Origin: a virus
Lineage: Duplodnaviria > Caudoviricetes
Strand: one strand, 5' to 3'
Virus record (IMG/VR): IMGVR_UViG_3300031555_001441
Location: 32,001-96,000 of that record
DNA: 64,000 nt
In this document: in pieces, positions 10,517 through 20,662 of the stretch
Layout: each line of letters begins with the position of its first letter
How positions within the stretch are numbered: the first letter of the stretch is position 1
Translations under genes and position numbers: made by a program
The notes under the pieces: model-generated
What the model was told of the DNA's origin: nothing
What the model saw: only the letters and a program-made list of their open reading frames with translations
Databases searched by the model: none

Positions 10517-11047
10517 TTAGATCAGAACATTGTTCGGATCATAGTCAGGCAAGTTGACTCCGTTTAGAATTGATGAGAGTTTCTCCATATCTGAACGAAT
10601 TACGCCATTAAGCAAATTGAGGAGCTTTTCATATGCAAGACCACAGTCTGTTGAGAGCTTATCTAACTTTTTAATGGCGTCATCTGCTGATAGAGAGTCA
10701 CCATGAGAATTGCTGAAACAACCTTGAGGATTATTTACCAAAACTTCAAAACATATGCCGAGCTGCACATCTAATGAGAGCAACTTACCACGTGCTTCCA
10801 ACAGATGTGTTCGGCGTTGTAGCATGTCCTGTTTAAATGCTACAGATTTAGTTGATGGGACAATTGAGTTTGCTTGTTCACATTCCGATATTACTGCTAC
10901 AGATAATGATTTGATGTCATCCGCAAGTAGCCGAGAGTACCGTGCTGACAGCCGCGATATCAACTCCAATACATGATTGTTGAGCATATATGCGGCATTG
11001 ACATATTCGGCTTTACTCTCATGACGCTTGTAATAAGGAACAGACAT
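10517..11047 (-). CDS. avd: DGR accessory variability determinant (Avd-like four-helix bundle)
   Basis: MSVPYYKRHESKAEY N-terminus, EQANSI...RRTHLLEA, located between VR and TR. Confidence 0.8.
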   Translation of the reverse strand: MSVPYYKRHESKAEYVNAAYMLNNHVLELISRLSARYSRLLADDIKSLSVAVISECEQANSIVPSTKSVAFKQDMLQRRTHLLEARGKLLSLDVQLGICFEVLVNNPQGCFSNSHGDSLSADDAIKKLDKLSTDCGLAYEKLLNLLNGVIRSDMEKLSSILNGVNLPDYDPNNVLI

Positions 11048-11080
11048 AATTCATCCTCTGTGACAGTAAGTTATTATCTA

Positions 11081-11125
11081 GGTGCGGCCCACTCGGGGAG
11101 ACTTTCGTCTCCCCTAAGCCGCACC
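11081..11125 (-). promoter_or_regulatory. DGR target-recognition hairpin downstream of VR
   Basis: GGGGAGAC-GAAA-GTCTCCCC inner stem (11095-11114) inside a GGTGCGGC/GCCGCACC outer stem, 5 nt after the target stop. Confidence 0.8.
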
Positions 11126-11130
11126 GGAAA

Positions 11131-12483
11131 TCAGACGACAAAAAGCGGGGAGCACCCATACGAATAGCCGGCGCTGCTACCGGCGGCGTTGCCGCTGCTG
11201 TTGACATAGCAGAAACTGGTCGCGGTAGAAGCACTTGGCGAACGAAGCCACCAGGTGACAGCAGAATTGGGTGATGACACATTGTACTTTTTCGTTGATC
11301 CACCATTGATATAATATTGATATTGCGCTTGATGATTTTGCTCTTCGGCATTAGCATAAGTTCGTGTGCCAAAGACTTCTTGTTCTGCAAGGAGCGGCAG
11401 ATAATCAACAAGAGCAGATACATTTCCGGCAATACTAGAAGAACCGCCGACATTATCTGTCCACTTGATTACAGGTTTCATCACTGCCCGAAGTGCAGCA
11501 GGTAAAGCAGCCATGAATGTATTCGCAGCAGGTGAAGTTGCAGTTGTCGATGATGCATCACTCTGTGCTGTATCTGTTGAACCAAGCAGATTATATCTCA
11601 TTCTTGAATCCTTCCAACCACCTGCGTTGCTGTTAGTGTTGTTCATGCTGAAATATGTATCTGCAGACACACTGCTTCCACCTTTTGAATCGTACAGAGT
11701 TATGTCAATACTTCCTGGATTTGCAGTTTTAAAAGTGCCGAAGGTGATGCTGTGCGAGTAACCAGACGCTTCAACTGCGATGTTGTGATCAAATCCCATT
11801 ATAAATGTGTATAGAGTTGTATCTGACGAAAATGTCAAACCGTCTCCAATCTTGGTTCCAGAAGGAATTATGATTGATTTAACATCGCCTACTGACCACA
11901 ACGACGAAGCTGTTCCAGCATCTGACGCAGCACGAACAACATTCCAAGAAGCTGTTTCAAGATCTACGAAATCAACGTAAGCTGCCCAAGCCGACAGGTC
12001 TGTTGACGGCGTAAATGGGAATACTAATCTTGTCGAAGCATCACCTTTTGTAGTATCCCATCCGACGAAGTGGTAATCTTGTTTAGTGGGTGAATCTGGT
12101 GCGACAACACGCTCACCCGATTTAACTTGATGTATTGCATACATCGAATCGTCGTCATCGTAGAATGTTAATGTCTTACCACCAGGTATTGTCGACCCTG
12201 TTTCTAATGATCCAACAACACCGCCGATGTTGACATCTTTTTTGATGTTTCCTGCAATCAGTGTATCTGGTTTAGTGATTGTTACTTGAGTCAATACCTT
12301 TCCAGAATCGGGAGTTATTGTTTGATCTCCAGAAGCCATATTCAATGCAGTCGTCTTTGTTTGTTCAGGTTTCTCAGAACCTAGAGTAAATGCAACATAC
12401 TCACCGGGAGTATCTGCATTTTCAATTTGCACAGTTTCGACGCCTTCAATAACATCGTTACCGAGTTTTACCTTTGCGCTCAT
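11131..12483 (-). CDS. DGR target: tail-fibre/adhesin-like protein with InlB B-repeat and C-terminal C-type-lectin-like (DUF6273-type) domain
   Basis: PTKQDYHFVGW B-repeat, GGWKDSRMR, C-terminal WWLRSP...GCSPLFVV containing the VR. Confidence 0.88.
   Translation of the reverse strand: MSAKVKLGNDVIEGVETVQIENADTPGEYVAFTLGSEKPEQTKTTALNMASGDQTITPDSGKVLTQVTITKPDTLIAGNIKKDVNIGGVVGSLETGSTIPGGKTLTFYDDDDSMYAIHQVKSGERVVAPDSPTKQDYHFVGWDTTKGDASTRLVFPFTPSTDLSAWAAYVDFVDLETASWNVVRAASDAGTASSLWSVGDVKSIIIPSGTKIGDGLTFSSDTTLYTFIMGFDHNIAVEASGYSHSITFGTFKTANPGSIDITLYDSKGGSSVSADTYFSMNNTNSNAGGWKDSRMRYNLLGSTDTAQSDASSTTATSPAANTFMAALPAALRAVMKPVIKWTDNVGGSSSIAGNVSALVDYLPLLAEQEVFGTRTYANAEEQNHQAQYQYYINGGSTKKYNVSSPNSAVTWWLRSPSASTATSFCYVNSSGNAAGSSAGYSYGCSPLFVV
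11141..11267 (-). repeat. DGR variable repeat (VR)
   Basis: Aligns ungapped to TR 10355-10481. Confidence 0.95.
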
Positions 12484-12521
12484 AACTATCTGATTATTAT
12501 CTCCTTAAAAATTGATATGTG

Positions 12522-12746
12522 TTATAATATTGTTATTGTCGAGTTTTCAAATGAATAAGGTGCTTTAAAAAGTCGAACTGTAGATCCTAACACTTCATAA
12601 CTATATGGATTCTCGGGCTGTCCTCCAGAAGAGTGTCCTGTAAATGCAGGGCTATCTACGTATGACATCTGTCTAACAAAATAGTTTGGAATTTCATATT
12701 TTGTTTTTCTTGCTTTTACTTTTACTTTTCCATAGAATTCTCTCAT
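12522..12746 (-). CDS. Small hypothetical protein, paralog of 12743-13000
   Basis: YVDSPAF / YEVLGSTVRLFKAPY. Confidence 0.65.
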   Translation of the reverse strand: MREFYGKVKVKARKTKYEIPNYFVRQMSYVDSPAFTGHSSGGQPENPYSYEVLGSTVRLFKAPYSFENSTITIL

Positions 12747-13000
12747 GTTATTTTCAATTGACCTCCTACTGTTTCATATGGTGCTTTTATCAATGTTAAT
12801 ACAGATCCTAATACACGATAAATGTAAGCACGAACAATATAAAATATTACAATGTGTTTAGATTCCTGTTCAGGATTGTCAAATATCCGAATGAACGCTG
12901 GATCATTTATATAATTAGGAACTGTAATAGTACCACCAGGATCAACTGTTTGCCCATAATACTGTTTTGTTACAGCACCATAGTTCTTATACGTGATCAT
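12743..13000 (-). CDS. Small hypothetical protein, paralog of 12522-12746
   Basis: YINDPAF / YRVLGSVLTLIKAPY. Confidence 0.65.
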   Translation of the reverse strand: MITYKNYGAVTKQYYGQTVDPGGTITVPNYINDPAFIRIFDNPEQESKHIVIFYIVRAYIYRVLGSVLTLIKAPYETVGGQLKIT

Positions 13001-13045
13001 TAAAAATACCTCACCTACTAGTTGTATTATTATTAATATGTAAGG

Positions 13046-13648
13046 TTATTTTATTATAAATGTAGGATCTTCAACAGCTTTAAGTCTTACCGGAGTATAC
13101 TCAACAAGTACAGCACCTTCGCACTTCAATGAAAGTATTGTTTGATATAGTTGACCTCCCTCGAGATATTCAGTTACACCTGATTTTCTTTCGATACTTG
13201 CGTCCCTATCAAGAGCAACTCCAAATCGAACTTTACGTTTTGCTTCATAAGGAAGTGTTATTGTCAAGAAATACATGTCTGAATATTTGAACATCAGTTC
13301 TCGAATCATTTCATCCATATCTGCGACATTTGTAGTCATTACAGTAACATGATATCCAAGATGAATTGGAATTATTTTTTCGTGATACAAATAATTAGAA
13401 GTGGGATCTATAACAGCAGCCACACCTCTATGTGTCCATGTGAAGTTTGATCGAGATGTATCAATAGAAGTATCTGAATCTCTAGCAACGGCTACAAGTG
13501 GAAACTGAATATCATCGTTTTGCAACTGAGCTGCAAGTCCTATTATCTGATCAGGCTCGACTATCTTAACAACAGGATTAGAAAGAGCATCTGGATTAAA
13601 AGATTTTCTTAGATCATCGCAAAATGATTTATCATATACATATATCAT
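13046..13648 (-). CDS. Putative tail terminator/completion protein
   Basis: FPLVAV...IPIHLGYHVTV...DMDEMIRE pattern; structural context. Confidence 0.45.
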   Translation of the reverse strand: MIYVYDKSFCDDLRKSFNPDALSNPVVKIVEPDQIIGLAAQLQNDDIQFPLVAVARDSDTSIDTSRSNFTWTHRGVAAVIDPTSNYLYHEKIIPIHLGYHVTVMTTNVADMDEMIRELMFKYSDMYFLTITLPYEAKRKVRFGVALDRDASIERKSGVTEYLEGGQLYQTILSLKCEGAVLVEYTPVRLKAVEDPTFIIK

Positions 13649-14190
13649 TTCCCGTCCTCCTGAGTAGTATGATAGTGTCCTCTATAATCAGTCTGCGGTT
13701 TCAAAAAATAATTAGAACTATTAAATTTCTTCTCTATTTCTTTATCTGTTTGCCCTACAGGTTTCTTGTCATATACGGGAACAACTTGGCATACTAAATG
13801 ATCAGGGGCAACCATGTCGTATGTAATTTCAGTCACTCTGAAAAGTCTATCAGGGAGTTCACTATATTTACCAGCTATTCTGAACAACGAATCTTTCTGA
13901 ACATAAGGGAGATTGAAGCTGCAATGAATAAGAAACGGAAGATTTTTATCATTTTCAACAACCCATCCATAGCGTTTGAACGTTTTTATCTTAGGATTTC
14001 CATCAAAGAAAATATGCGTTTCTATAAAATCAGAGTAGCCATCAACAACAGATTCACCTTGATCATTACTAGCAGCAAGATTTGGATATTGATATGTAAC
14101 AGGTATTCCACGCATCTGTAAAGCTTCATCATATCGAGCGCGCATCAGCTTTATATCTTCACCAATTAAGTTTATGGACATCAATGTCAC
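13645..14190 (-). CDS. Putative neck/head-closure protein
   Basis: EALQMRGIPVTY pattern; position near portal. Confidence 0.45.
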   Translation of the reverse strand: MTLMSINLIGEDIKLMRARYDEALQMRGIPVTYQYPNLAASNDQGESVVDGYSDFIETHIFFDGNPKIKTFKRYGWVVENDKNLPFLIHCSFNLPYVQKDSLFRIAGKYSELPDRLFRVTEITYDMVAPDHLVCQVVPVYDKKPVGQTDKEIEKKFNSSNYFLKPQTDYRGHYHTTQEDGK

Positions 14191-14191
14191 C

Positions 14192-14842
14192 TCATATACT
14201 ATAGGAATAATCGGGACGTATGCTAGAATTATCTCGAATTATATCATCGATGTTAGCTACAAAATCAAGCCAAGACCAATCATAATGCTGAGTCTCAGAT
14301 ATCTCTGAAATATTGATAGCTGTTCCATGATACAATGCATACTCTAACTCTTTCTTACGGATCAAGTATTTGTTGTCCAACCATTGCGGATTTGACTCGA
14401 TCTTAAAAGCTATGACGATTGTTTTTCTGTCTGTTTCAGATCCCTTAACTGATTCTATTGAAACTCTGCGCAGTTTATCAAAGTGCAGATCTCTTAAGGT
14501 CATTAAATACTGTATCTGTTGTCCAGACAGATTAGAATGCTGCGCAACCGTAACATAAAATCCGAACTTAGCTATCTCATTCAAAATAGTAGCAGGCGTT
14601 ATTGCATCTTCAGTATGCACATAATCTGGAACAACTATGTCTCCAGACGGATCTATTATCGTTGCAAATAAAGTTCCAAAATCTGTGTGCACAACTGCAA
14701 TTCGTAGGCCACGCAACTTATCATTTTGAATAAAGTTTGTAACTTCGATACGCAGATCTCTGCTAGCATTTGATTTGCAATTTACAAGTTGCGTCCAATT
14801 TGATATTCGATATCTAAGAGGCAACTGATTCATTGATATCAC
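14192..14842 (-). CDS. Hypothetical protein
   Basis: ORF in the head operon. Confidence 0.6.
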   Translation of the reverse strand: MISMNQLPLRYRISNWTQLVNCKSNASRDLRIEVTNFIQNDKLRGLRIAVVHTDFGTLFATIIDPSGDIVVPDYVHTEDAITPATILNEIAKFGFYVTVAQHSNLSGQQIQYLMTLRDLHFDKLRRVSIESVKGSETDRKTIVIAFKIESNPQWLDNKYLIRKKELEYALYHGTAINISEISETQHYDWSWLDFVANIDDIIRDNSSIRPDYSYSI

Positions 14843-15179
14843 CTCTACATTCTCTTACATATTGTTTTAACTCTAGCTGAAATGCTTCGAGTAACTTAAG
14901 ATTGACGTCAGGATATTCTGAAAAATATCGTGCGATCATATCTATCTTTAGTTTAAAATACAGTATACGTTTATCTGCATCAGATATCTCCGGATGTCGT
15001 TCTGCAAATATAAAGTATCGAGTTACTACAGACGAAAACGCCTTATGAACAGTTGCATCATCTTTAGAAAGATCAGCACGCTCTATAGTTTTAAAATTTG
15101 TGCTGTTATAGTTCTTTAGATCATGGAAAAATAAGCGTGTAAGCTCTAAACTAGATAGCACCTTGATCACCACCTTCAC
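14814..15179 (-). CDS. Hypothetical protein
   Basis: ORF in the head operon; start uncertain. Confidence 0.55.
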   Translation of the reverse strand: MKVVIKVLSSLELTRLFFHDLKNYNSTNFKTIERADLSKDDATVHKAFSSVVTRYFIFAERHPEISDADKRILYFKLKIDMIARYFSEYPDVNLKLLEAFQLELKQYVRECRGDINESVAS

Positions 15180-16650
15180 TAGAACTCAAGTCAATATCCC
15201 AACTCATTGCATCTGCACCCATCTGAGGAAATACTTCTGTTAATATTTCAGTCAATGCTTTATGATAAGATTCCTCATCTTTCATACCCATTTCTTTCAT
15301 CAGAGCTACAAGCGCAGTAGCTTGATTGAGTGCTGCATCTCGTTTATCAAATTGAACAGTTGACTGCACTGTAAGTATTGGATTCATATGAAGCTGGAAT
15401 TTATCAATAAATCCTGACATATTTCGCATCTGGAAGTAATTATTCAAACCTGATCTCCAGCCTTCCATGTATGCAGTTTCAAGTCTCTGTAACTTGTTAG
15501 CATATACAATAGAACGTTGAGATAAAACAGCTCCGGCACCTCCTAGACCTTCATTCGACGAGTAGTTCAAATTTTCTTTAGGTACGCCTAATACCGAAAG
15601 CTTTTTATTTTCATAGTGTTCGAGTAACTTGTATTCGGCTTCTGTAGCTTCTGCCATGTTGAGGTCTGTTATCTCAATCGGAACTGTGCCATTAACTTTC
15701 GGTAAATAAATCAAATTGTTAGGACTTTGCGGATTTACAAAGCTTTGAACATCTCCTGTTTGTGTATTGAGAGAAAGTTGCTGCTCAACAGAATCTTTTA
15801 GCTGCTGTAAATTATCTCGAATCTCATCTTCTTCAGTACCTGCTTCAGCTGAAATGAACTTAATAGTTCTAGATAACGAAGAAAGCAGAAGAGCATCTTC
15901 TAACAGACTAAGAGTCTGAGTTGGCTGTGTAGCTTGTTCAAGCAACGGTTGCGCAAACTGAATATCATATGTAGATACAGTTCCGTCTTTATCAGCACCA
16001 TCTATTGTATATGTTCCTAGCAACCCACCTAACGAAAAATGGATAACAGCTGCATTTGGAAGAATGAGCGTTTCATTCAATCGCTTGTCATCAATGTCCA
16101 TTATATATCCTTTAGGTTCACCCTGTTGCCATAGATGTATAATAGTTTCAGGAGGTATCTTGTATGACGGTATGATGTCATAATCAGGTTCCGCTATCGT
16201 ATTGTTATCAAGCACAATACCTTTCTTCGAGAAGGTATCACTAGATTCTTTATAGAGATAAGTTGTTGGAAGATATAAGTTACCAATAGTCGCTAACTCT
16301 AATATGTGCTCCCGTACATATTTGTTTATCTCCCAACGCTTAAACAAAGCGTTTACAACTTCTGCAACATCTGCATATTTATCTTCAGTTGCAGTTGCCC
16401 AAATAATATCACCTGTTGTATTTGGTGTAGTTGCATCTGTGGCAAAATAATCAAGTGCTGTGCTTATTTGAGAATCACGTGCAAGAGCACGCATTGTGTC
16501 AATCTGTGTTTGTATATCAGAAACACTAGTATTGCCTCGTATATCAGATACTTTGTACAACGAACCTGTTACAACATATCTGAGAAACGACATTGCTTTT
16601 TGTACTTTGCCGCCTCGAGGAACTAGCCGATTTAACCATCTGTTGGCCAT
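15151..16650 (-). CDS. Portal protein (T4 gp20-like)
   Basis: 499 aa; DSQISTALD, LSLLEDALLL..LSR, IYLP, KLSVLGVPK motifs; near terminase. Confidence 0.8.
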   Translation of the reverse strand: MANRWLNRLVPRGGKVQKAMSFLRYVVTGSLYKVSDIRGNTSVSDIQTQIDTMRALARDSQISTALDYFATDATTPNTTGDIIWATATEDKYADVAEVVNALFKRWEINKYVREHILELATIGNLYLPTTYLYKESSDTFSKKGIVLDNNTIAEPDYDIIPSYKIPPETIIHLWQQGEPKGYIMDIDDKRLNETLILPNAAVIHFSLGGLLGTYTIDGADKDGTVSTYDIQFAQPLLEQATQPTQTLSLLEDALLLSSLSRTIKFISAEAGTEEDEIRDNLQQLKDSVEQQLSLNTQTGDVQSFVNPQSPNNLIYLPKVNGTVPIEITDLNMAEATEAEYKLLEHYENKKLSVLGVPKENLNYSSNEGLGGAGAVLSQRSIVYANKLQRLETAYMEGWRSGLNNYFQMRNMSGFIDKFQLHMNPILTVQSTVQFDKRDAALNQATALVALMKEMGMKDEESYHKALTEILTEVFPQMGADAMSWDIDLSSSEGGDQGAI

Positions 16651-16683
16651 TTAAGGATTCACCTCCATCATTTACCAAATATA

Positions 16684-18276
16684 TTAAAGGTCCTGCTTAA
16701 GATCCGAATCAATATCAAATTTGTCAAAGAACTCTTGTTCTCTTATTACAGGAATACCTAACTGTCGAGCTTGCTGAATTATTCTAGCATCTACCTCTTC
16801 ATTCAAATCGCCTACTACAACACATGTAGTCTTGTCACTGATAGCTACTGTAACATCTGCGGAGTAGCTTCTAAGTATCATTGCAATTTCAGTATTAGTT
16901 CCATGCGAAAATCTACCTGTCAAGCAAATAGAGTCGTTTCTCAATATAGGAAGTCCATTAAATTTTCTTTCGGAAACTACAATAGTAATATTACTGAAAT
17001 GAAAACTAGAAATCAAATCAACAGTATTAGCCGGTTCAGATGCCCACATGACAAAATCAACAATGTCAGATTCTTGTATATGTAGCTGCTTAGAAATCAA
17101 TTCAGGATGAACTAAATAATATTCAAGAGTAGTCACCGAATTATTGCACTCATTGCACAGCCGACGAATTGTATCTTCTGTGATAGAAAGATTCGCAGGT
17201 ACAAAAGCTTCTATGAGCTTCGAAAATGTTGTTGATACCTTAGTATCTTGATATTCAGGATATGAAAATAAATCTAGCACAGAAAATAATGACTTAGTAG
17301 TGCGAACAATTTCTTTATATCTATCATAAGAAATTGTCGGAAGATCTAACACTTCTAGGAAATGAATAACTTCCGGATATCTATGAGAAACGCATTGTGG
17401 GTCGTCGCAAACAAATTGCCCGAAGGTAGGAACCGGTACTACTTTGTGACAGATCGGACACGTTATCATAGTAGGCTGAGAACCATACACATCAGTCAGT
17501 TTAATTTGTTGATCGTTCGTCATTTCTACATAAGAATGAACGACTCTAACTATCGTATCAAATCGGTTGTAAATCAGCAGGCTATTAGGCTGAATGTTAA
17601 ATTTTACTACATCCACCCATGAGGTATCAAATATCTTTTCACCGCAGGTTATTTTACCTCTGAAAAATCCACCTATAGATTGATACATCTCAATGTTAGT
17701 TACAATCGTAGATTTGAGTTCTAATGACGGACACTTGAACTGATTTCCTCTAAATATCCAATAATGAGATGGAACGCTGAAAAGATATTTGCTATTTTGA
17801 ACTGTTTGTAAATTAAATGTTGCTTCTGACGTAGCCGCCGATACTAGCGTAGCAGGAAGTAGCTCAAAGCCTGCCATCTTTAACCACTGACGAGCTGGAT
17901 GACCTCCGCGGAACATTGTAGCATAACTAAATATATTACCAGCATAAAATTGAATATCATTTGAATTGTCCTTAATACATTGCTTTATGAGTGAATAACA
18001 TGCATCAGGAATATCTCCAACACACTTTATATTTTCAGAAATACAGAACACACCTGTTATAAGAGTTGTTCCTTGTTTAACTGTAATATGAAGGGGCACT
18101 AACAGATGCTCACGAATAGCTGGTAAAATATCTACAGATATATCTTTACCAGTGTCTTCGTATCCTTCTGTAATACGATGCAATCTTCCTTCTTCGTCAT
18201 ACTGAAGAATAACAGGAAGGCCTGTGGGGACTACAGATACTAAATCGCCTGCGTTCAAAAGGTTTTTGACGTACAT
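16684..18276 (-). CDS. Degenerate NAD-dependent DNA ligase homolog (OB, Zn finger, HhH-like region, BRCT; no KxDG)
   Basis: PTMITCPIC...CDDPQC zinc finger, C-terminal BRCT (ICLTG...KTTCVVVG...ARQLGIPVIREQEF); the motif I position reads VVPTGLPVILQY. Confidence 0.7.
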   Translation of the reverse strand: MYVKNLLNAGDLVSVVPTGLPVILQYDEEGRLHRITEGYEDTGKDISVDILPAIREHLLVPLHITVKQGTTLITGVFCISENIKCVGDIPDACYSLIKQCIKDNSNDIQFYAGNIFSYATMFRGGHPARQWLKMAGFELLPATLVSAATSEATFNLQTVQNSKYLFSVPSHYWIFRGNQFKCPSLELKSTIVTNIEMYQSIGGFFRGKITCGEKIFDTSWVDVVKFNIQPNSLLIYNRFDTIVRVVHSYVEMTNDQQIKLTDVYGSQPTMITCPICHKVVPVPTFGQFVCDDPQCVSHRYPEVIHFLEVLDLPTISYDRYKEIVRTTKSLFSVLDLFSYPEYQDTKVSTTFSKLIEAFVPANLSITEDTIRRLCNECNNSVTTLEYYLVHPELISKQLHIQESDIVDFVMWASEPANTVDLISSFHFSNITIVVSERKFNGLPILRNDSICLTGRFSHGTNTEIAMILRSYSADVTVAISDKTTCVVVGDLNEEVDARIIQQARQLGIPVIREQEFFDKFDIDSDLKQDL

Positions 18277-18319
18277 AATGATTACCTCATTTCTTTATAT
18301 TTATTCAATATTTAATGTG

Positions 18320-20662
18320 CTAAAATTTTCGAATGTTTCCGAACATATTGTACTTACTATTATTTAGAGTATTAGATTTTGGTGTATTTACTGCAGATAT
18401 TGCAGATACTACTGATTTAGGAGTTGTAGGAAGTACTTGTGTATTTAACATAGCATTCCACATCGCACCAATGAATGAGTCAGAAGCATCTTTACTTTCG
18501 CCTTCAACATGGTCAACTTTACCTGTTGAAGCATCTCGCTGCAAATGAGTCAACTCGCGTTCAAGTAGCTCGTTATGAAGCATCTCAACACGATCTTCAA
18601 TCAAAATAGCCCTACCAGCAATATATCCGTCTGGAGTTCGGTCTAGTGATATTTTATCACAAGGAAAACCTTGTGCTTCAAGTAGCTGACCTAGATATTC
18701 ACTTTGAAATTGGTCTCGACTGATACGTGATATGTTGAAATGTTGACGTCTCAACCAACAGATGAATCTCAGTATTTTATCATATGCAATTTTATCACCA
18801 CGAGGTGCTTGAATTGCAACTGTGAATACATGAGCATAAACAGGAAGAGATATTTTCTTACCAGTTTCATCTGCAATATCTTTACGACCTACTATAGATA
18901 CTCCAGAGATACCAGTTCGGTCTGTAGTAAGAGACAAGTCTAGATGTATGTACATAGGAGCTTTTCGGACAACATCAGGCGTAGCTTCCATATGATAAAA
19001 TTCTTCTATGGAGAGCGAATCTTTTGTACCAATGGATATAATATCGGTATAAAACGGATTTCGTCTTGTATTTGTTATACACTTGTCCAGTACATCTTGT
19101 GTAATAAATGAAAATGTACCTGGAACAGAAATGCCAGCGATATCACGCAAAGCAATATCTATATCAGCTAAGAACCTTGTTTTGTTATCTTCAGGTACAT
19201 CTAATATCTTGAATCCTTGAGCTTCAATATCTGCAAGACTTTGAGGATCTGTTTGATCATCAGGAACAACAAAGCTGCGAAGATGCTTTCCACCTAGAGC
19301 TAACTTGAATTTCTTATCTGAAGTATACTTAGACGCCGGCCAGACCTCCCACTGCGGCTTATCAAACACATACATGTGCTCGTTACCGGCTTCTTTTTGT
19401 GTAGCAATGTACTCTTCCATGAAGTCTGAATCGCTATTCTTAGAGCTGATAACATACAAGCGACCAAATACTTCACCATGTTTAACAAAAGTACCGGTTA
19501 CACGAGCAACGAGTGTGTCATATTTTGCTTTCATGCGGACTTTTGCTTTATTGATATCTTTAATACCCGCTGCTGCAAAGTTACACTCATCAAAAACAAC
19601 ACAGTTATGCGCAACTAGCTGACTGGGTCCATTTACTACAATAAAATTATGATATGGTTCTGCATTTACAACATCGAATACTGGAATCTCGTGCTCATAA
19701 TGACATCTAACTTTATTTGAAAGATAAATAGGTCCAGGATATGATGGATCTAGTATCTTAGATTCATACGTGATGTTTTGAAGCTCTTCATACGAACCAT
19801 CATACAGCTGTATCTTGTGATCTGGTGTGCCTTCTATGTAAGTATAATTATTAAATTCTAGCTTCAATGTGTCTTTAACATATTTTGTTAAAACTACACG
19901 AGCATCTGAATACATCATACCAGTCCCTGACCATTGACAAACACGACACGGTCCAGTACACGATGCAATGCGTCGTATACCACGATCAGTTAGAATCTTC
20001 GTATCTCCTACTAAACAGAATGTTGCCTTACCTAATGCGTGCGATGCATCAGATCCATATTCAATGGTGATTAGACCACCGTCCGGAATATATGTAGGGA
20101 CAGCCTCGCTGTCATTCATATGACCATGTTTAAGAAACCATGGACTATTCGCCATAAGAGAATTGAACTCTTTAAAAGCAACACCGCGAGCGAGTGTTTG
20201 TGTTATGTTGAAGAAAAAGATTGAAATGTTAGTGATTGATTTCAAGCCGAAATAAGATTGCGGATCACGTAAACACATTAACCAATAAAACATGTATGCA
20301 GCATCAGAAACAGCAGTACTAGTTTTACCTGTACGAGTAGCTCCCGTAAATACAATCTCAGTGTATTGGTTACCTGCCTTCTCAAGCTCTAACATAGTAT
20401 TCATCCATGCAGGATAAATAGACTCACCATTGTTGTTTGTCTGCCCTAAGTAATAAGGATCTGTTAAAAATGTATACTTATCAACAGGAATCTCTTTGAA
20501 ATCTGTCATCCATATGTTTTCATATGTAGGTGAATATCCGTAATCTGCGATCTCTTTGACAATATTTCGAAGCGTAACTTGTTCTTCTGTTGAAAACTTA
20601 TCATATCTAGCTTTTATACGTGATAAAACATCTTCCCAATCAGTCATCAGTTTTGTCCTCAT
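18320..20662 (-). CDS. terL: Terminase large subunit with intein
   Basis: Walker A GATRTGKT, Walker B VVFDE, ISS motif, nuclease HLDLS..D and KDASDS. Confidence 0.9.
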   Translation of the reverse strand: MRTKLMTDWEDVLSRIKARYDKFSTEEQVTLRNIVKEIADYGYSPTYENIWMTDFKEIPVDKYTFLTDPYYLGQTNNNGESIYPAWMNTMLELEKAGNQYTEIVFTGATRTGKTSTAVSDAAYMFYWLMCLRDPQSYFGLKSITNISIFFFNITQTLARGVAFKEFNSLMANSPWFLKHGHMNDSEAVPTYIPDGGLITIEYGSDASHALGKATFCLVGDTKILTDRGIRRIASCTGPCRVCQWSGTGMMYSDARVVLTKYVKDTLKLEFNNYTYIEGTPDHKIQLYDGSYEELQNITYESKILDPSYPGPIYLSNKVRCHYEHEIPVFDVVNAEPYHNFIVVNGPSQLVAHNCVVFDECNFAAAGIKDINKAKVRMKAKYDTLVARVTGTFVKHGEVFGRLYVISSKNSDSDFMEEYIATQKEAGNEHMYVFDKPQWEVWPASKYTSDKKFKLALGGKHLRSFVVPDDQTDPQSLADIEAQGFKILDVPEDNKTRFLADIDIALRDIAGISVPGTFSFITQDVLDKCITNTRRNPFYTDIISIGTKDSLSIEEFYHMEATPDVVRKAPMYIHLDLSLTTDRTGISGVSIVGRKDIADETGKKISLPVYAHVFTVAIQAPRGDKIAYDKILRFICWLRRQHFNISRISRDQFQSEYLGQLLEAQGFPCDKISLDRTPDGYIAGRAILIEDRVEMLHNELLERELTHLQRDASTGKVDHVEGESKDASDSFIGAMWNAMLNTQVLPTTPKSVVSAISAVNTPKSNTLNNSKYNMFGNIRKF
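19604..20017 (-). mobile_element. Mini-intein (138 aa) in terminase
   Basis: F|CLVGDTKI...GTPDHKI...VFDV...LVAHN|CVVFDE; no endonuclease domain. Confidence 0.9.

Noticed and set aside
10153-10557. ORFs overlapping the TR/spacer
   Set aside because: The region is better explained as non-coding DGR RNA; the openness reflects AAC-rich TR sequence.
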